In this document: positions 51,581 through 62,282 of the stretch, piece by piece | Layout of the letters: every line of letters begins with the position of its first letter | Numbering within the stretch: the stretch's first letter is position 1 | NCBI GenBank assembly: GCA_965263355.1 | Contig: CBDHHL010000056.1 | Span: forward strand, 736,001-800,000 | DNA: 64,000 nt | Source of the DNA: Leptolyngbyaceae cyanobacterium | GTDB lineage: Bacteria > Cyanobacteriota > Cyanobacteriia > Phormidesmidales > Phormidesmidaceae | Direction: 5' to 3' | Made by a program: the position numbers and the translations under genes | The notes under the pieces: model-generated | Database searches by the model: none | What the model saw: the letters and a program-made list of their open reading frames with translations, nothing else | Told to the model about the DNA's origin: nothing

Positions 51581-53215
51581 GTGGTTGATCAGGTAAATGA
51601 ATCCTTACGGTCGGACGCCGATTTGACGAAACGTGCTAACTGGCCAGATGAAGTGTGGCTGCTACTGGCGACTGGGCTATTGTACCTGTGGCGCTTAGGT
51701 GGACTACCTCTGCACGATTGGGATGAGGGCACCATTGCAGCTGTGGCACGGGGGATGGTGACCAGTGGTGATTGGATTTACCCCACTCTACATGGCGGGC
51801 CTTATTTGAATAAACCGCCCCTGGTGGAATGGTTGATAGCGACAGGTTACTTGGGCGGAATTTCTGAGTGGACCTCGCGGTTGCTGCCGGCTGTGGTCAG
51901 TGCCCTGGCAGTGCCGCTGCTTTACTGGCTTGGTCGGGAGGTGTTTGACACTAGGCGACCAGCACTGTTGTCAGCAGGTGTGTTTTTAACGCTTTTACCA
52001 GTGGTGCGTCATGGTCGGTTGGCTATGCGAGATGGTGTGGCGATTACCTTGTTTTTGTTGTTATTGCTGTGTGGTTTGAAGGCCAGGAAACACCCAGGCT
52101 ATGCCCTAGGAGTGGGGATTTGCTTGGGGTTGATTACGTTGACAAAAGGGATTTTAGTGATTTTGCTGGGGACCATTGCTCTGGTGTTTTTTGCCGTGCA
52201 AGGGTTAAACAGTCAGGCGTTGCCCGGTCAGAATTTGTTTCGTAATCCATATTTATGGTTAGGAATTGGTTTGGGGAGTCTGCCAGTGGTGCTTTGGTAC
52301 GGGGCTCAGCTCCTGCGCTATGGCGATGTTTATTGGCAGGGGCACTTTGTGGCTCAGTCCTTTGAGCGGGTGACATCGGCGATTGAAGATCACCAGCAGC
52401 CTGTTTGGTATTACTGGCTGGAGCTATTGAAATATAGTTGGCCCTGGTTGATGTTTTGGCCCGGTGGTGTTCTCCTGGCCTGGCGACAGCGCGATCGCAC
52501 CTGGTCCCAGTTAGTGCTGGTGGGGACTGTCATCTATCTAGGGGCGATTTCTTTAATGGGCACTAAGCTGCCTTGGTACATCATGCCGCTATATCCCGTT
52601 GTGGCCTTGGCCATTGGTAGCTATTTACACCATCGTTGGCAACAGCCGCCGCGTTGGGCTGTGGGGTGGTTAGGGTTAATTGCGATCGCAGCACTGATCG
52701 GCGGTCCTTACTTAGGGATAGACGACCAGCAACCCACCCTGATTGCCATCGGCATTGTTCTAGGTCTCAGTGCTGGTTGGGCCGCATGGCAGCTATCACA
52801 ACAACGACGACGCTGGAGTCTAACTTTAATGGCAGGGGTTTATCTAACGCTGCTACTGTTGATGGGCTCTGATTTTTGGCTCTGGGAGTTAAATGAAGCC
52901 TATGCAGTGAAACCGGTTGCCGCCATGGTTAATCGGCATGTTCCATCCGAAGCTGAGGTGGTGACCACCTTTAGCTATGGGCGACCCAGTCTGAATTTTT
53001 ATTGCGATCGCAATATCCCTGTCCTTACTGGTCAGTCACTCTTAAAGCGCTGGTCAACTAGTCCCTATGTGTTGGTAGACCCCTATCATTTAGCCACACT
53101 GCCAACCCATCGCGAAATTGCCCGTGTTGATGAAATGGTACTAATTCAGGCAATTATTCCGCAAAACATGGGTGCATCTAACATGGGTGCCTCTAATGTG
53201 GGTACCTCCAATTAA
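51581..53215 (+). CDS. ArnT/PMT-family (GT-C) glycosyltransferase
   Basis: DWDEG, PYLNKPPL, LTKG, TKLPWYIMP. Confidence 0.88.
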   Translation: MVDQVNESLRSDADLTKRANWPDEVWLLLATGLLYLWRLGGLPLHDWDEGTIAAVARGMVTSGDWIYPTLHGGPYLNKPPLVEWLIATGYLGGISEWTSRLLPAVVSALAVPLLYWLGREVFDTRRPALLSAGVFLTLLPVVRHGRLAMRDGVAITLFLLLLLCGLKARKHPGYALGVGICLGLITLTKGILVILLGTIALVFFAVQGLNSQALPGQNLFRNPYLWLGIGLGSLPVVLWYGAQLLRYGDVYWQGHFVAQSFERVTSAIEDHQQPVWYYWLELLKYSWPWLMFWPGGVLLAWRQRDRTWSQLVLVGTVIYLGAISLMGTKLPWYIMPLYPVVALAIGSYLHHRWQQPPRWAVGWLGLIAIAALIGGPYLGIDDQQPTLIAIGIVLGLSAGWAAWQLSQQRRRWSLTLMAGVYLTLLLLMGSDFWLWELNEAYAVKPVAAMVNRHVPSEAEVVTTFSYGRPSLNFYCDRNIPVLTGQSLLKRWSTSPYVLVDPYHLATLPTHREIARVDEMVLIQAIIPQNMGASNMGASNVGTSN

Positions 53216-53361
53216 GAAAACCTGACTAGGTGATGCTAAACGACACAACTGAACCAAGAGACGTTGCTATGATCATGTAGGTACAAAAATATGAGTAGGC
53301 AATAAATAGTTGACGTCCAGACATCAGTAATGCATTACTCCATTAGCTAGAGGTTTCTCCA

Positions 53362-53616
53362 TTGGCTGACGACCTTCAAAGGCAAAAAGACGATTTCATC
53401 ATGCCTCATGCTCCCTATCATGGGGAGTTTACTCCTGAGAAAATGGTATTCAATGCTAATTTGCAGGAGTTTGCTAACAAAGTGTCACTGATTTGCAACC
53501 TGGAAACAGGGGGCAAAATTACGTCTGAAGAGGCGTACCACCGAATCAAACAGCTTTGGAAAGAACTAAAGGCATCAAAGAAAGCTTTATTGGATGCAGC
53601 AGAGGAGCAGGGGTAA
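53362..53616 (+). CDS. Conserved cyanobacterial small protein
   Basis: Y.G.FTPE..VFNANLQEFA.KV..IC.LETGGK. Confidence 0.75.
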   Translation: MADDLQRQKDDFIMPHAPYHGEFTPEKMVFNANLQEFANKVSLICNLETGGKITSEEAYHRIKQLWKELKASKKALLDAAEEQG

Positions 53617-53635
53617 GCATCCTAAGCGGTATTAA

Positions 53636-54751
53636 CTAGTCCCTGAAATACGCCTGCACTGCTTTGACGATGCGCTCCGATGCTTTGCCATCTCCAAAGG
53701 GGTTAATGGCTCGGGCCATGGCTTCGTAAGCAGTTGGATCACTCAACAGCTTGGTCGCCTCATTAGTAATTGCCGCTGGGTCTGTCCCCACTAGCTTGGC
53801 CGTACCTGCTTCCACTGCTTCAGGACGCTCTGTGGTTTCCCGCAAAACTAGCACCGGTTTGCCCAGCCCAGGGGCTTCTTCCTGGAGACCGCCGGAATCG
53901 GTAAGCAGCAAATAGCAGCGCTGCATGGCCCCCACTAGCTGACCATAGTCGAGGGGCTCTACTAAAAAGGTGCGAGGATGGGACTCTAAAGCAGCTTTCA
54001 AGGGGTCTCTTACCGTGGGGTTCCGGTGCAGGGGCAACAGCAACGCCACATCCTCAAATTTGTCTAATATTTGCAAAAATCCCTGGGCAATATTTTGCAG
54101 CGGTTCTCCCCAGTTCTCCCGACGATGCACCGTCGATAGAACCACTCGCTGGGTGTTCCAATCTAGGCCAGGTACCTCACAGGCTGGTGCTTGAGAGGCC
54201 ACGGTTTGGAGGGCATCGATCACCGTATTGCCTGTTTTTACAACTGTCCCGCTCACCCCTGATGCGGCCAAGTTGGCCAATGACTTATCCGTGGGCGGAA
54301 AATGCAGTGTTGTAATCTGAGACACTAATCGCCGATTAGCTTCTTCAGGAAAGGGATTCAAAAGATTGTCAGTGCGCAGGCCAGCTTCCACATGGCCCAC
54401 CGGAATCTTTTGATAAAAGGCGGCCAGGGCAGCGGCAAATGCTGTCGTTGTATCTCCCTGGACCAATACAACATGGGGTTTCAGTTCGCTAAATAGGGTC
54501 TGTAACCCCTGTAAACTACGACAGGTAATGTCCGAAAGGGTTTGCTTTGGCTGCATGATATTTAGGTCTCGATCTGCCTGGATTTCAAACAGCTGCATCA
54601 CCTGATCGACCATCTCCCGATGTTGGCCTGTGAGCACGACCTGGGTATCAAACCCTGGTGTTTGCTGAAATTGTTGAATCACTGGGGCCAGCTTGATGGC
54701 TTCAGGACGGGTCCCTAAGGTGATGCAGACGCGAATAGGAGATGGGGTCAT
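53636..54751 (-). CDS. wecB: UDP-N-acetylglucosamine 2-epimerase (non-hydrolysing)
   Basis: GTRPEAIK, TGQHREM, HVEAGLR, DSGGLQEE. Confidence 0.97.
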   Translation of the reverse strand: MTPSPIRVCITLGTRPEAIKLAPVIQQFQQTPGFDTQVVLTGQHREMVDQVMQLFEIQADRDLNIMQPKQTLSDITCRSLQGLQTLFSELKPHVVLVQGDTTTAFAAALAAFYQKIPVGHVEAGLRTDNLLNPFPEEANRRLVSQITTLHFPPTDKSLANLAASGVSGTVVKTGNTVIDALQTVASQAPACEVPGLDWNTQRVVLSTVHRRENWGEPLQNIAQGFLQILDKFEDVALLLPLHRNPTVRDPLKAALESHPRTFLVEPLDYGQLVGAMQRCYLLLTDSGGLQEEAPGLGKPVLVLRETTERPEAVEAGTAKLVGTDPAAITNEATKLLSDPTAYEAMARAINPFGDGKASERIVKAVQAYFRD

Positions 54752-54866
54752 AGGGAAAAAATTGCGCTTGGATATGGTTTAAGACCGGACTGGTCCCTAG
54801 TAAAGTCTTCCATAGCAAGGCACACTGTTAGTCTGTTTCGTCTGCTCCACGTTTATTTGCCTTACC

Positions 54867-55337
54867 ATGCCTCAATCCCCTCAATCCATTGTTGTCGATG
54901 CTAAGCACCTTCAGACCTTGGATCTGACGGTTGCCCACAATACCCTAAGTCAAGTTGACTGGAAAACTGAACTCAAGCTCAGTTTTGTCATCGATTATCC
55001 CCGCGACGAGAACGATCCCCGCGAACTATCTGAGATTCCTGAGATCAGGCTATGGTTTATTCGCCTTGATAGCCACTATCCCTGGTTATCGCTGTTTTTA
55101 GATATTGAATCCGGTGAGCTGAGTCGCTATGCAGCGATGTTAGTGCCCCATCAGTTTAGTCCGCTAGATGGTATTCGCTACAACCCAGAGGCCCTGGAGA
55201 TTTTTGTTATGGGTAAAGTTTTTACCATTGCCCAATGGCTCAAGGATAAGCAGATTGATGGCATCGAAAAGCTCAAGCTAATGGTCCGTACGTTGGGGTA
55301 CGAACTCGATGATGGCCTATTTGAGTTACTGCAATAA
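54867..55337 (+). CDS. CRR6 family NDH-1 assembly factor
   Basis: DPRELSEIPEIRLWFIRLD..YPW; RYAAMLVPHQF. Confidence 0.9.
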   Translation: MPQSPQSIVVDAKHLQTLDLTVAHNTLSQVDWKTELKLSFVIDYPRDENDPRELSEIPEIRLWFIRLDSHYPWLSLFLDIESGELSRYAAMLVPHQFSPLDGIRYNPEALEIFVMGKVFTIAQWLKDKQIDGIEKLKLMVRTLGYELDDGLFELLQ

Positions 55338-55575
55338 ATAATTGGTTTCAAAGGTTTCAAAATACCAATGTCACAATAGAGAACTCTTAAGTTCTTCAGA
55401 TATTTAGCCAATTGCTTCAAAGCCAAGAGTGCGATACAAATCTTACGGATATATGAATAAACCTGTTTTGCATTTAGAACTGTAATTTTTCGACTGTAGA
55501 GTGCAGGTACTTAAGCAAACAGTTTATTGGGCATCTGTAGATCACCTACTTATAGCGAAGAGGAGTAACCCTTTA

Positions 55576-56748
55576 ATGGCAGGGATTTTGGGCACGCTGG
55601 TAAGCTTACTGATATTGCTGGCCCTGATAGTTTGGCTGCTGGTTGAACGGCAATTTCAAGGACGTCCTGGTAACCAGTTAGAGTTGGAATCTGGCAAGTG
55701 GGCAATTACCACCCGAGACCCTCAGCATTACGTCATTGAGGGAGAGCCTTCCCTGGTGAACTGCACCCGAACCCTAGAAATTATGGTGCCGGAAATCTCG
55801 GTTGAGACTCAGTTGTTATCAGGAGCTAGCCTCGATGGAATTACGGTCGAGACCAAACTGGTGTCAGACCATGAGGATTTCCCTGCCAGAGCAGATAATT
55901 ACTGGTTTGCTTACATTGTCAAAACTAATAAATCCACTGGGTTAAAAGTCACCGTTGACATTACAGGCCCTGATCTTTCCAACCTAAAAGCAGTTTGGGT
56001 CAAAATTCACTACCTAACCTACGGGCCTGAAGGTCGTATTCCCAAGCTAGGTAACGTGGTCGTGCCCCTCAAGTATCCTGCCCCCAACGCGCCTCAAAAT
56101 TGGAAATCTACCCCTAAGGCTGAAGTGCTGCCCATTCCCACCCACTTGCTGGGACCATTAGATAACCCTATCGATACGGTGAAGCGCTATGTGGAACCCT
56201 ACGCGAAGCCAGGAGATATCGTCACTATTGGGGAAACCCCTGTGGCGATTATGCAGGGACGGTGGCGGCACCCTAGCAGTGTAAAACCGGGGTGGGTGGC
56301 GAAGCGCATTTGCTATTTCTTTATGCCCACATCGAGTCTGGCGACGGCCTGTGGGATGCAAACCTTGGTGGACCTAGTAGGACCATGGCGGGTGGTGTAT
56401 GCCTTTGCGGTGGGTGCGATCGCAAAGAAATTTCTCGGCAAAGCGGGCATGTTCTATGTGCTAGCAGGTGAACAAGCTCGCTTAATCGACGATGTGACCG
56501 GCACCTTGCCGCCATACGACCAGTTTATTGTGTTAGGGCCAGACAATCCTGAGAAAATTGTTCAAGACATTTACAATGCAACCGGCCTGAAAGCTGCCAT
56601 TGTGGATGTCAATGATTTGAAAGCAGTTAAGATATTAGCAGCCACACCTGGAACTGACTTAGACTTGATCACAAGTGCCTTGCTTGATAATCCGGCTGGC
56701 AACGCCGATGAACAAACCCCTGTGGTCTTGATTCATCCTAAATCCTAG
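55576..56748 (+). CDS. F420-0:gamma-glutamyl ligase-like (CofE-like) membrane-anchored protein
   Basis: ETPVAIMQGR, IDDVTGTLPPYD, IVDVNDL, NPAGNADEQTP. Confidence 0.75.
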   Translation: MAGILGTLVSLLILLALIVWLLVERQFQGRPGNQLELESGKWAITTRDPQHYVIEGEPSLVNCTRTLEIMVPEISVETQLLSGASLDGITVETKLVSDHEDFPARADNYWFAYIVKTNKSTGLKVTVDITGPDLSNLKAVWVKIHYLTYGPEGRIPKLGNVVVPLKYPAPNAPQNWKSTPKAEVLPIPTHLLGPLDNPIDTVKRYVEPYAKPGDIVTIGETPVAIMQGRWRHPSSVKPGWVAKRICYFFMPTSSLATACGMQTLVDLVGPWRVVYAFAVGAIAKKFLGKAGMFYVLAGEQARLIDDVTGTLPPYDQFIVLGPDNPEKIVQDIYNATGLKAAIVDVNDLKAVKILAATPGTDLDLITSALLDNPAGNADEQTPVVLIHPKS

Positions 56749-56772
56749 GGATTTTGTCCATATTTTGGCTCT

Positions 56773-57945
56773 ATGACACCCGTTAACCCCTCTGAATCCA
56801 TTGCGATTCGCCCCGTACATTTCCGTGACTCAGAAAAGCTGATGCCCGATGGTGTCTCGGAGGTGGTTACCTGTGGCACGTTTACTAAACACCAGCCTTT
56901 ACCAGAGACGGGGCGGTTATTTGGGCAAGCTTCTTGGCAACGCTTCTCCCGTTTGGTAAATCCACTGCAGCCTAAGACCATCACCTTTGCTGCAGAGTGT
57001 AAACACACTATCCATGGTGTGATTCAGGTTTCACCCTTTAATTCCACCCGCATTACCTGGCGCATTGACCAGGTAATGGTGAAATCTGTTGCTGCCCAGG
57101 GGTTAACCCTGAACCTGGACCTGGCCAGCTTGTTACTGCGTCACTGCTTTGAAACCATTGTGGAAGCCCATACCTGGATCAGCGAAGCCAGTATCCACGA
57201 TAAGTTTGGTTTGGCGTTATATCGCCAGAATGGGTTTCAGCCCCTTGCCTATGTTACCTACTGGTCCATAGACGCTGAGCAAATTGCAAGTTTGGCTGAA
57301 AATGAACCAGATTTACCCAATCTGTTACCGGTTAGCAATGCCGATGCCCAGCTTATTTACCAGCTAGAGACGGCGTCAATGCCACCCCAGCTACGCCAGG
57401 TGTTTGACCACCAAATCCAAGACTTTCGTACCCGTTCCATTGCAGGTGTCCGGGCTCAGATACTGCGTTGGTTGGGCCAGTCTGAGTCTGTCTCTGCCTA
57501 TGTGTTTGAACCCCAGCGTAAGGCAGCGATTGGATACTTTAGCTTGCGTCTTTCTCAGGCCTCTGAGCAGCCTAATCGGGCTAAGCTCACGGTGCATCCT
57601 GCCTATACGTGGCTGTATCCAGAGTTGATGGCCCAAATGGCCCAGGTGCTCCAGGGGGCATCCAATCAAACCCTGCAGCTGGCATCGTTAGATTATCAGC
57701 CTGAACGAGAAAGCTATCTGCGGGAAATTGATGCGACGGCAGTGGGCCATACAGTGATGATGTCTCGCTCTGTATGGCACAAGGTGAGAGAATCTAGGGC
57801 GGTTTCCATTGAAGGCTTGCAGGATGTTTTGCAGGGATTGCAGCCTTCTGGTAAGGCGATTCCGAGTCGTTTCTTCTGGGATGCGGCTAGTTCTGGGTTA
57901 AGCCATTCAGCTGGTGATGACTCCCCCAGTGGGACAGCCAGGTAG
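56773..57945 (+). CDS. GNAT-family acetyltransferase-like protein
   Basis: VSPFN.TR.TW, ALYRQNGFQPLA. Confidence 0.75.
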   Translation: MTPVNPSESIAIRPVHFRDSEKLMPDGVSEVVTCGTFTKHQPLPETGRLFGQASWQRFSRLVNPLQPKTITFAAECKHTIHGVIQVSPFNSTRITWRIDQVMVKSVAAQGLTLNLDLASLLLRHCFETIVEAHTWISEASIHDKFGLALYRQNGFQPLAYVTYWSIDAEQIASLAENEPDLPNLLPVSNADAQLIYQLETASMPPQLRQVFDHQIQDFRTRSIAGVRAQILRWLGQSESVSAYVFEPQRKAAIGYFSLRLSQASEQPNRAKLTVHPAYTWLYPELMAQMAQVLQGASNQTLQLASLDYQPERESYLREIDATAVGHTVMMSRSVWHKVRESRAVSIEGLQDVLQGLQPSGKAIPSRFFWDAASSGLSHSAGDDSPSGTAR

Positions 57946-57955
57946 TCCAGTCAAT

Positions 57956-58399
57956 ATGATTTCGGTTCTAGGATTAGATATTGGCAGCAAACGGATTGGG
58001 GTGGCGGGGTGCGATCGCACAGGACTCATTGCTACCGGTCTAACCACCATTGACAATAAATCCTTTGTTTATGTTACGGAACAGCTGAGTCAAATTGTTC
58101 GGGAACGGGAGGTTACCTTACTAGTCGTAGGTTTGCCTTATACCATGGCCGGCGACCTTGGGACCCAAGCTCGTCGGGTGCAAAAGTTTACCAAGCGATT
58201 GGCCCATGCCCTTGGGTTACCCGTTACCTATGTTGATGAACGTCTGACATCAGTAGAAGCGGAACAGCAGCTTCTATCTGAGCGCCGTTCACCTAAAAAA
58301 AATAAAGGCAAAAACAAGGGACTGATTGACCGTCGAGCCGCTACTATCATTTTGCAGCAGTGGCTGGATCGCCCCCGAACAGAAGATCACAATCCTTGA
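57956..58399 (+). CDS. ruvX: YqgF/RuvX pre-16S rRNA nuclease
   Basis: LGLDIG.KRIGVA, VVGLP, DERLTS. Confidence 0.95.
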   Translation: MISVLGLDIGSKRIGVAGCDRTGLIATGLTTIDNKSFVYVTEQLSQIVREREVTLLVVGLPYTMAGDLGTQARRVQKFTKRLAHALGLPVTYVDERLTSVEAEQQLLSERRSPKKNKGKNKGLIDRRAATIILQQWLDRPRTEDHNP

Positions 58400-58417
58400 C
58401 TCAATGTCATACAACGC

Positions 58418-58999
58418 ATGCCAAATTTGAATCACAACCCTAATTACAATTCTGATCAGTCCCCCGACTTTCAATCAGGTCAATCCATCGTAACCCTGGC
58501 TGACGACGACGGTCATACCCTGGCTTGTTACGTTGAAAAAGCCATTACCCTTAGTGATTCGGGCCAAGAGTATCTATTGTTATTACCCGTTGCTGCTCCG
58601 ATTGAAATCTTTAGCTGGCAGGATACTGATGATACCTTGGCAGACATTGAAGATGCGGAGATTGATCCGCTGTTTCCTAGTGCCCGGGCTGTTTTAGCGG
58701 AATTGGACTTGACCTTGCAGCGGAGTGCTTATACGCTTACAGCCGTAGGTAATATCCCTGATGCCGATGACGAAAGTTGTTTTGCATTAGAGGTTGATGA
58801 TGATGGGGCAACAGACAACTTTCAGATGCTGGCGCAGTTTTATCACTGTGACCAGCGTTATGTTGCTTGTACTCCCCTAGAACCCCTACTATTCTTTGCC
58901 TATCGGACTGATCGGGATACTGTGTCCTTACTATCGCCTGAAGAGTTTCAGCGTCTGCAGCCCCAAATTGAGGATCAGCTTTTTGAGGGGTTAGATTAA
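58418..58999 (+). CDS. DUF3727-like acidic protein
   Basis: L.CY.E, Y.LL.PV..P, A.AVLAEL.L.L; located between ruvX and mltG. Confidence 0.7.
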   Translation: MPNLNHNPNYNSDQSPDFQSGQSIVTLADDDGHTLACYVEKAITLSDSGQEYLLLLPVAAPIEIFSWQDTDDTLADIEDAEIDPLFPSARAVLAELDLTLQRSAYTLTAVGNIPDADDESCFALEVDDDGATDNFQMLAQFYHCDQRYVACTPLEPLLFFAYRTDRDTVSLLSPEEFQRLQPQIEDQLFEGLD

Positions 59000-59087
59000 G
59001 CCCATCCGCTTAGGTTAAGAAATACATAAAGCGAACCTGCAGTTGAACACGCTAATCAATTCTGAAACTGGTCATCGGCCTGTCTAA

Positions 59088-60152
59088 ATGAACATGGGTT
59101 GTTTAAAGCGAGTATTTTACGTTGGCATTTTTCCGGTTACCTTAGGGGTAGCCGCTTGGCAAGGTTGGTCCTGGTGGAGCTGGGCGACTGGCCCTGTCAT
59201 CACTAGCGATCAGGAAAAGTTAGTACAGATTCAGATTCCATCAGGGACGGCAGCTCAGCAAATTGGTCAAGACTTAGAAGCCGCTGGGTTGATTCGGTCC
59301 ACAACGGCTTGGAAAGTCTGGAATCGACTACAGGGATTTACAAACCGTGAAGGGGGCCTGCAGGCTGGGACCTATTCCTTATCACCAACCCAATCGATGT
59401 CGGATATTGCTGACCAAATTTGGACTGGGGATGTGGTGCAAACTAGTTTTACGATTCCAGAGGGCTGGAACCGTAATCAAATGGCTGAAGCGCTGGAGTC
59501 TCAAGGGCTAGTAAGTGCCGATGAATTTCTTCAGTCCACCGAAGAAATTCCCTATGCTGAATTTCCCTGGTTACCTCAAGGATTACCCCATCTAGAGGGG
59601 TTTCTCTATCCAGATACTTACCAGTTACCCAGTGAGCAGATTGATGCCAATGGGGTCGTAGATACAATGCTGTTGCGGTTTGAGCAGGTGGCCCTGCCTG
59701 TTTATCAGCAAACCTCTAGCCCCTATTCACTGCAGGAATGGGTTAACTTAGCCAGCATCGTCGAAAAAGAAGCCGTTGTCCCTGATGAGCGCGATACGAT
59801 TGCTGGTGTGTTTGCCCGACGTCTACGGGAGGACATTAGTCTCGGGTCCGATCCAACGGTGGAATATGGCCTGGGGATAACTCAAACGCCAGAAAATCCA
59901 TTGACCTTGGCCCAGGTAAATACCCCTAACCCTTACAATACTTACCGTAACCTAGGACTTCCCCCCACCCCCATCGCTAGTCCTGGTATTGCTAGTTTAG
60001 AAGCCTCCTTAAATCCGCCGGATACGGAGTTTCTTTACTTTGTTGCCCGCTACGATGGTACCCACGTGTTTAGCCGTTCGCTAGCCGAACATGAGCGCGC
60101 CCAAGGCGAGATTCGCGATCGCATTGATGCCCAGTTGGGGGACGATCTTTAA
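59088..60152 (+). CDS. mltG: Endolytic transglycosylase MltG
   Basis: TIPEG, LEGFLYPDTY, ASIVEKE, SDPT, PYNTY...GLPPTPI. Confidence 0.96.
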   Translation: MNMGCLKRVFYVGIFPVTLGVAAWQGWSWWSWATGPVITSDQEKLVQIQIPSGTAAQQIGQDLEAAGLIRSTTAWKVWNRLQGFTNREGGLQAGTYSLSPTQSMSDIADQIWTGDVVQTSFTIPEGWNRNQMAEALESQGLVSADEFLQSTEEIPYAEFPWLPQGLPHLEGFLYPDTYQLPSEQIDANGVVDTMLLRFEQVALPVYQQTSSPYSLQEWVNLASIVEKEAVVPDERDTIAGVFARRLREDISLGSDPTVEYGLGITQTPENPLTLAQVNTPNPYNTYRNLGLPPTPIASPGIASLEASLNPPDTEFLYFVARYDGTHVFSRSLAEHERAQGEIRDRIDAQLGDDL

Positions 60153-60198
60153 ACCACATTGTCAATCAGGGTAGGTTAAGCTCTGCCCTTGCCTAACC

Positions 60199-60741
60199 AT
60201 GACGCCTTGGGGCCGACTCCTACAACCTGACCTGGCCTTGCCTGGCTCGATTTTGCAACTGACGCCTGAGCTGATTGCGCAGCACCATCTGAAAGGACTT
60301 ATTCTTGATGTGGACGAAACCCTCGTGCCATTTAAGCAAAGTCAACCCCTAGAAGAGGTATGTCAGTGGCTGCAACAGGTGCAATCGATGGTGACAGTAG
60401 TATTAGTGAGTAATAATCTCAGCCACAGTCGCATTAGCCGGATTGCCAATACCTTAGGCGTTCCGTTCTATACAGGGGCCGGTAAGCCATCCCGCCGTAA
60501 ACTACGTCAAGCGGTAGCCCTTATGCAGCTGCCCCCCCATGAAATCGCTATGGTCGGTGATCGCTTGTTTACCGATGTTTTAGGGGGTAATCGCTTGGGA
60601 CTATTTACAGTTTTAGTTGAGCCCATGGTAGATCCCATGGCAGTGAGTTCGGCAAATTCGCCTAAGCAGTGTTTACGTAATACTGAAATTTGGTTATCCA
60701 AGCGTCTTGGGGTGGTGCTGGCAGCTAGTGACCATCGTTAA
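60199..60741 (+). CDS. YqeG family HAD-IIIA phosphatase
   Basis: LDVDETL, VSNN, KP, MVGDRLFTD. Confidence 0.93.
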   Translation: MTPWGRLLQPDLALPGSILQLTPELIAQHHLKGLILDVDETLVPFKQSQPLEEVCQWLQQVQSMVTVVLVSNNLSHSRISRIANTLGVPFYTGAGKPSRRKLRQAVALMQLPPHEIAMVGDRLFTDVLGGNRLGLFTVLVEPMVDPMAVSSANSPKQCLRNTEIWLSKRLGVVLAASDHR

Positions 60742-60873
60742 GCTGGAACTAAGAATCTAAAAAAAGTATTATGCCCCTCTGATTGTCATGGTTTTATTGC
60801 GAGGATAAAGATATTGAATGGGATCGTTCTTTATAAAGATCCTGATTAATAAACGCGCGCGAATTTTGAGGAT

Positions 60874-60908
60874 GGGGGCAGCTTGAGCTGTACCCCTTCT
60901 TTTTATTT
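60874..60908 (+). terminator. Terminator-like hairpin between yqeG and proB
   Basis: GGGGCAGCT-TG-AGCTGTACCCC then T-rich tract. Confidence 0.5.
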
Positions 60909-61049
60909 AGATCATTTAGATAGAAGCATTTACGTGCGGTGCCATACTGGCTTAACTCGCTATCCTTTACGCTCTATCCGACCTATCCTAAATCTTAGGT
61001 TTGACGGACTACTCGCTCCAATTTCCTCACCAATTTCCTAGGAAGCGCC

Positions 61050-62246
61050 GTGACTGCATTGCCATCTACCCCATCGGAGATATCTAAGGGCTCACAGTTT
61101 CAGACCATTGTGGTCAAGATTGGAACCTCTAGCTTGACGTCAGCTCATAATCAGCTGGCTCTATCGGTAATTGCCCGTTTAGTGGAAACTCTAAGCCAGC
61201 TGCAGTGCCAGGGACATCAGGTGATTTTGGTATCCTCTGGTGCGGTCGGTGTAGGCTGTGCACGGCTGGGGTTAAGTGTGCCACCTAAAGCAATTGAGCA
61301 AAAGCAGGCGGTGGCGGCGGTGGGTCAGGGTCGTTTGATGCGAGTGTACGATGACCTGTTCACGGTATTAGAACAGCCCATTGCCCAGGTTTTATTAACC
61401 CGTAGTGACGTGATGCAACGTTCACGCTATGTGAACAGCTATCGTACCTTTCAGCAGCTGTTTAATTTGAATGTCATTCCCATCGTTAATGAAAATGACA
61501 CGGTGGCTGTGGATGAGCTGAAATTTGGTGATAATGACACGCTTTCAGCCTTGGTGGCTAGCTTAGTGGGAGCGGATTGGTTGTTTTTACTCACCGATGT
61601 GGATCGACTGTATTCTGCAGATCCAAGGGCTAATCCAGATGCTGAACCGATTACTTGGGTACAACATTTGAGTGATTTAGATATTGATGTTGGGGATCGG
61701 GGATCGGCCTGGGGCACCGGGGGGATGATTACTAAACTAGAAGCGGCCCGGATTGCTACAAGTGCCGGTATTCGCATGGCCATTACCAATGGTCAGACCC
61801 CTGAGAACATTCTCAAAATTTTGGCGGGTGAACCCCTGGGTACCCAATTTGCCCCCAAGCCGAATCCTTCCAATGCGCGTAAACGGTGGATTGCCAATGG
61901 GTTGCGCCCCAGTGGATGGCTGTATTTAGACGCCGGGGCCGTACGGGCAATTAGTCAAGACGGTAAGTCGTTGCTGTCTGCTGGCATTGTGGCGATTAAA
62001 GGGGATTTTCAGGCGCAGGATGCGGTGAGATTGTGCGATCGCAATGGCCAAGAAATTGCCCGTGGCCTAGTTAACTATAATCACAATGAACTTCAGCAGA
62101 TTCGTGGACGTCGTTCTAGTGAAATTTCGATGATTTTAGGCTACGACGGTGCCGATACAGTCGTCCACCGAGATAACTTAGTGCTAAATCCTGATGCGAT
62201 AGATTTTGAGATGAAACCTGTGGAAAAGGACAAGCATTCCTATTAG
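61050..62246 (+). CDS. proB: Glutamate 5-kinase
   Basis: [34 protein letters not shown] domain. Confidence 0.98.
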   Translation: MTALPSTPSEISKGSQFQTIVVKIGTSSLTSAHNQLALSVIARLVETLSQLQCQGHQVILVSSGAVGVGCARLGLSVPPKAIEQKQAVAAVGQGRLMRVYDDLFTVLEQPIAQVLLTRSDVMQRSRYVNSYRTFQQLFNLNVIPIVNENDTVAVDELKFGDNDTLSALVASLVGADWLFLLTDVDRLYSADPRANPDAEPITWVQHLSDLDIDVGDRGSAWGTGGMITKLEAARIATSAGIRMAITNGQTPENILKILAGEPLGTQFAPKPNPSNARKRWIANGLRPSGWLYLDAGAVRAISQDGKSLLSAGIVAIKGDFQAQDAVRLCDRNGQEIARGLVNYNHNELQQIRGRRSSEISMILGYDGADTVVHRDNLVLNPDAIDFEMKPVEKDKHSY

Positions 62247-62282
62247 ATTGCTATACCTATCTATTTTTACTAATTCCTTATT

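Noticed and set aside
53166..53213. 15-bp triple repeat (NMGAS) at the end of the ArnT gene
   Set aside because: Simple slippage in an unstructured tail; no further structure
60822..60860. Glutamine (glnA) riboswitch upstream of proB (ATCGTTC...AACGCGC)
   Set aside because: The central GACGGAAGTAG-type core and internal stems are missing
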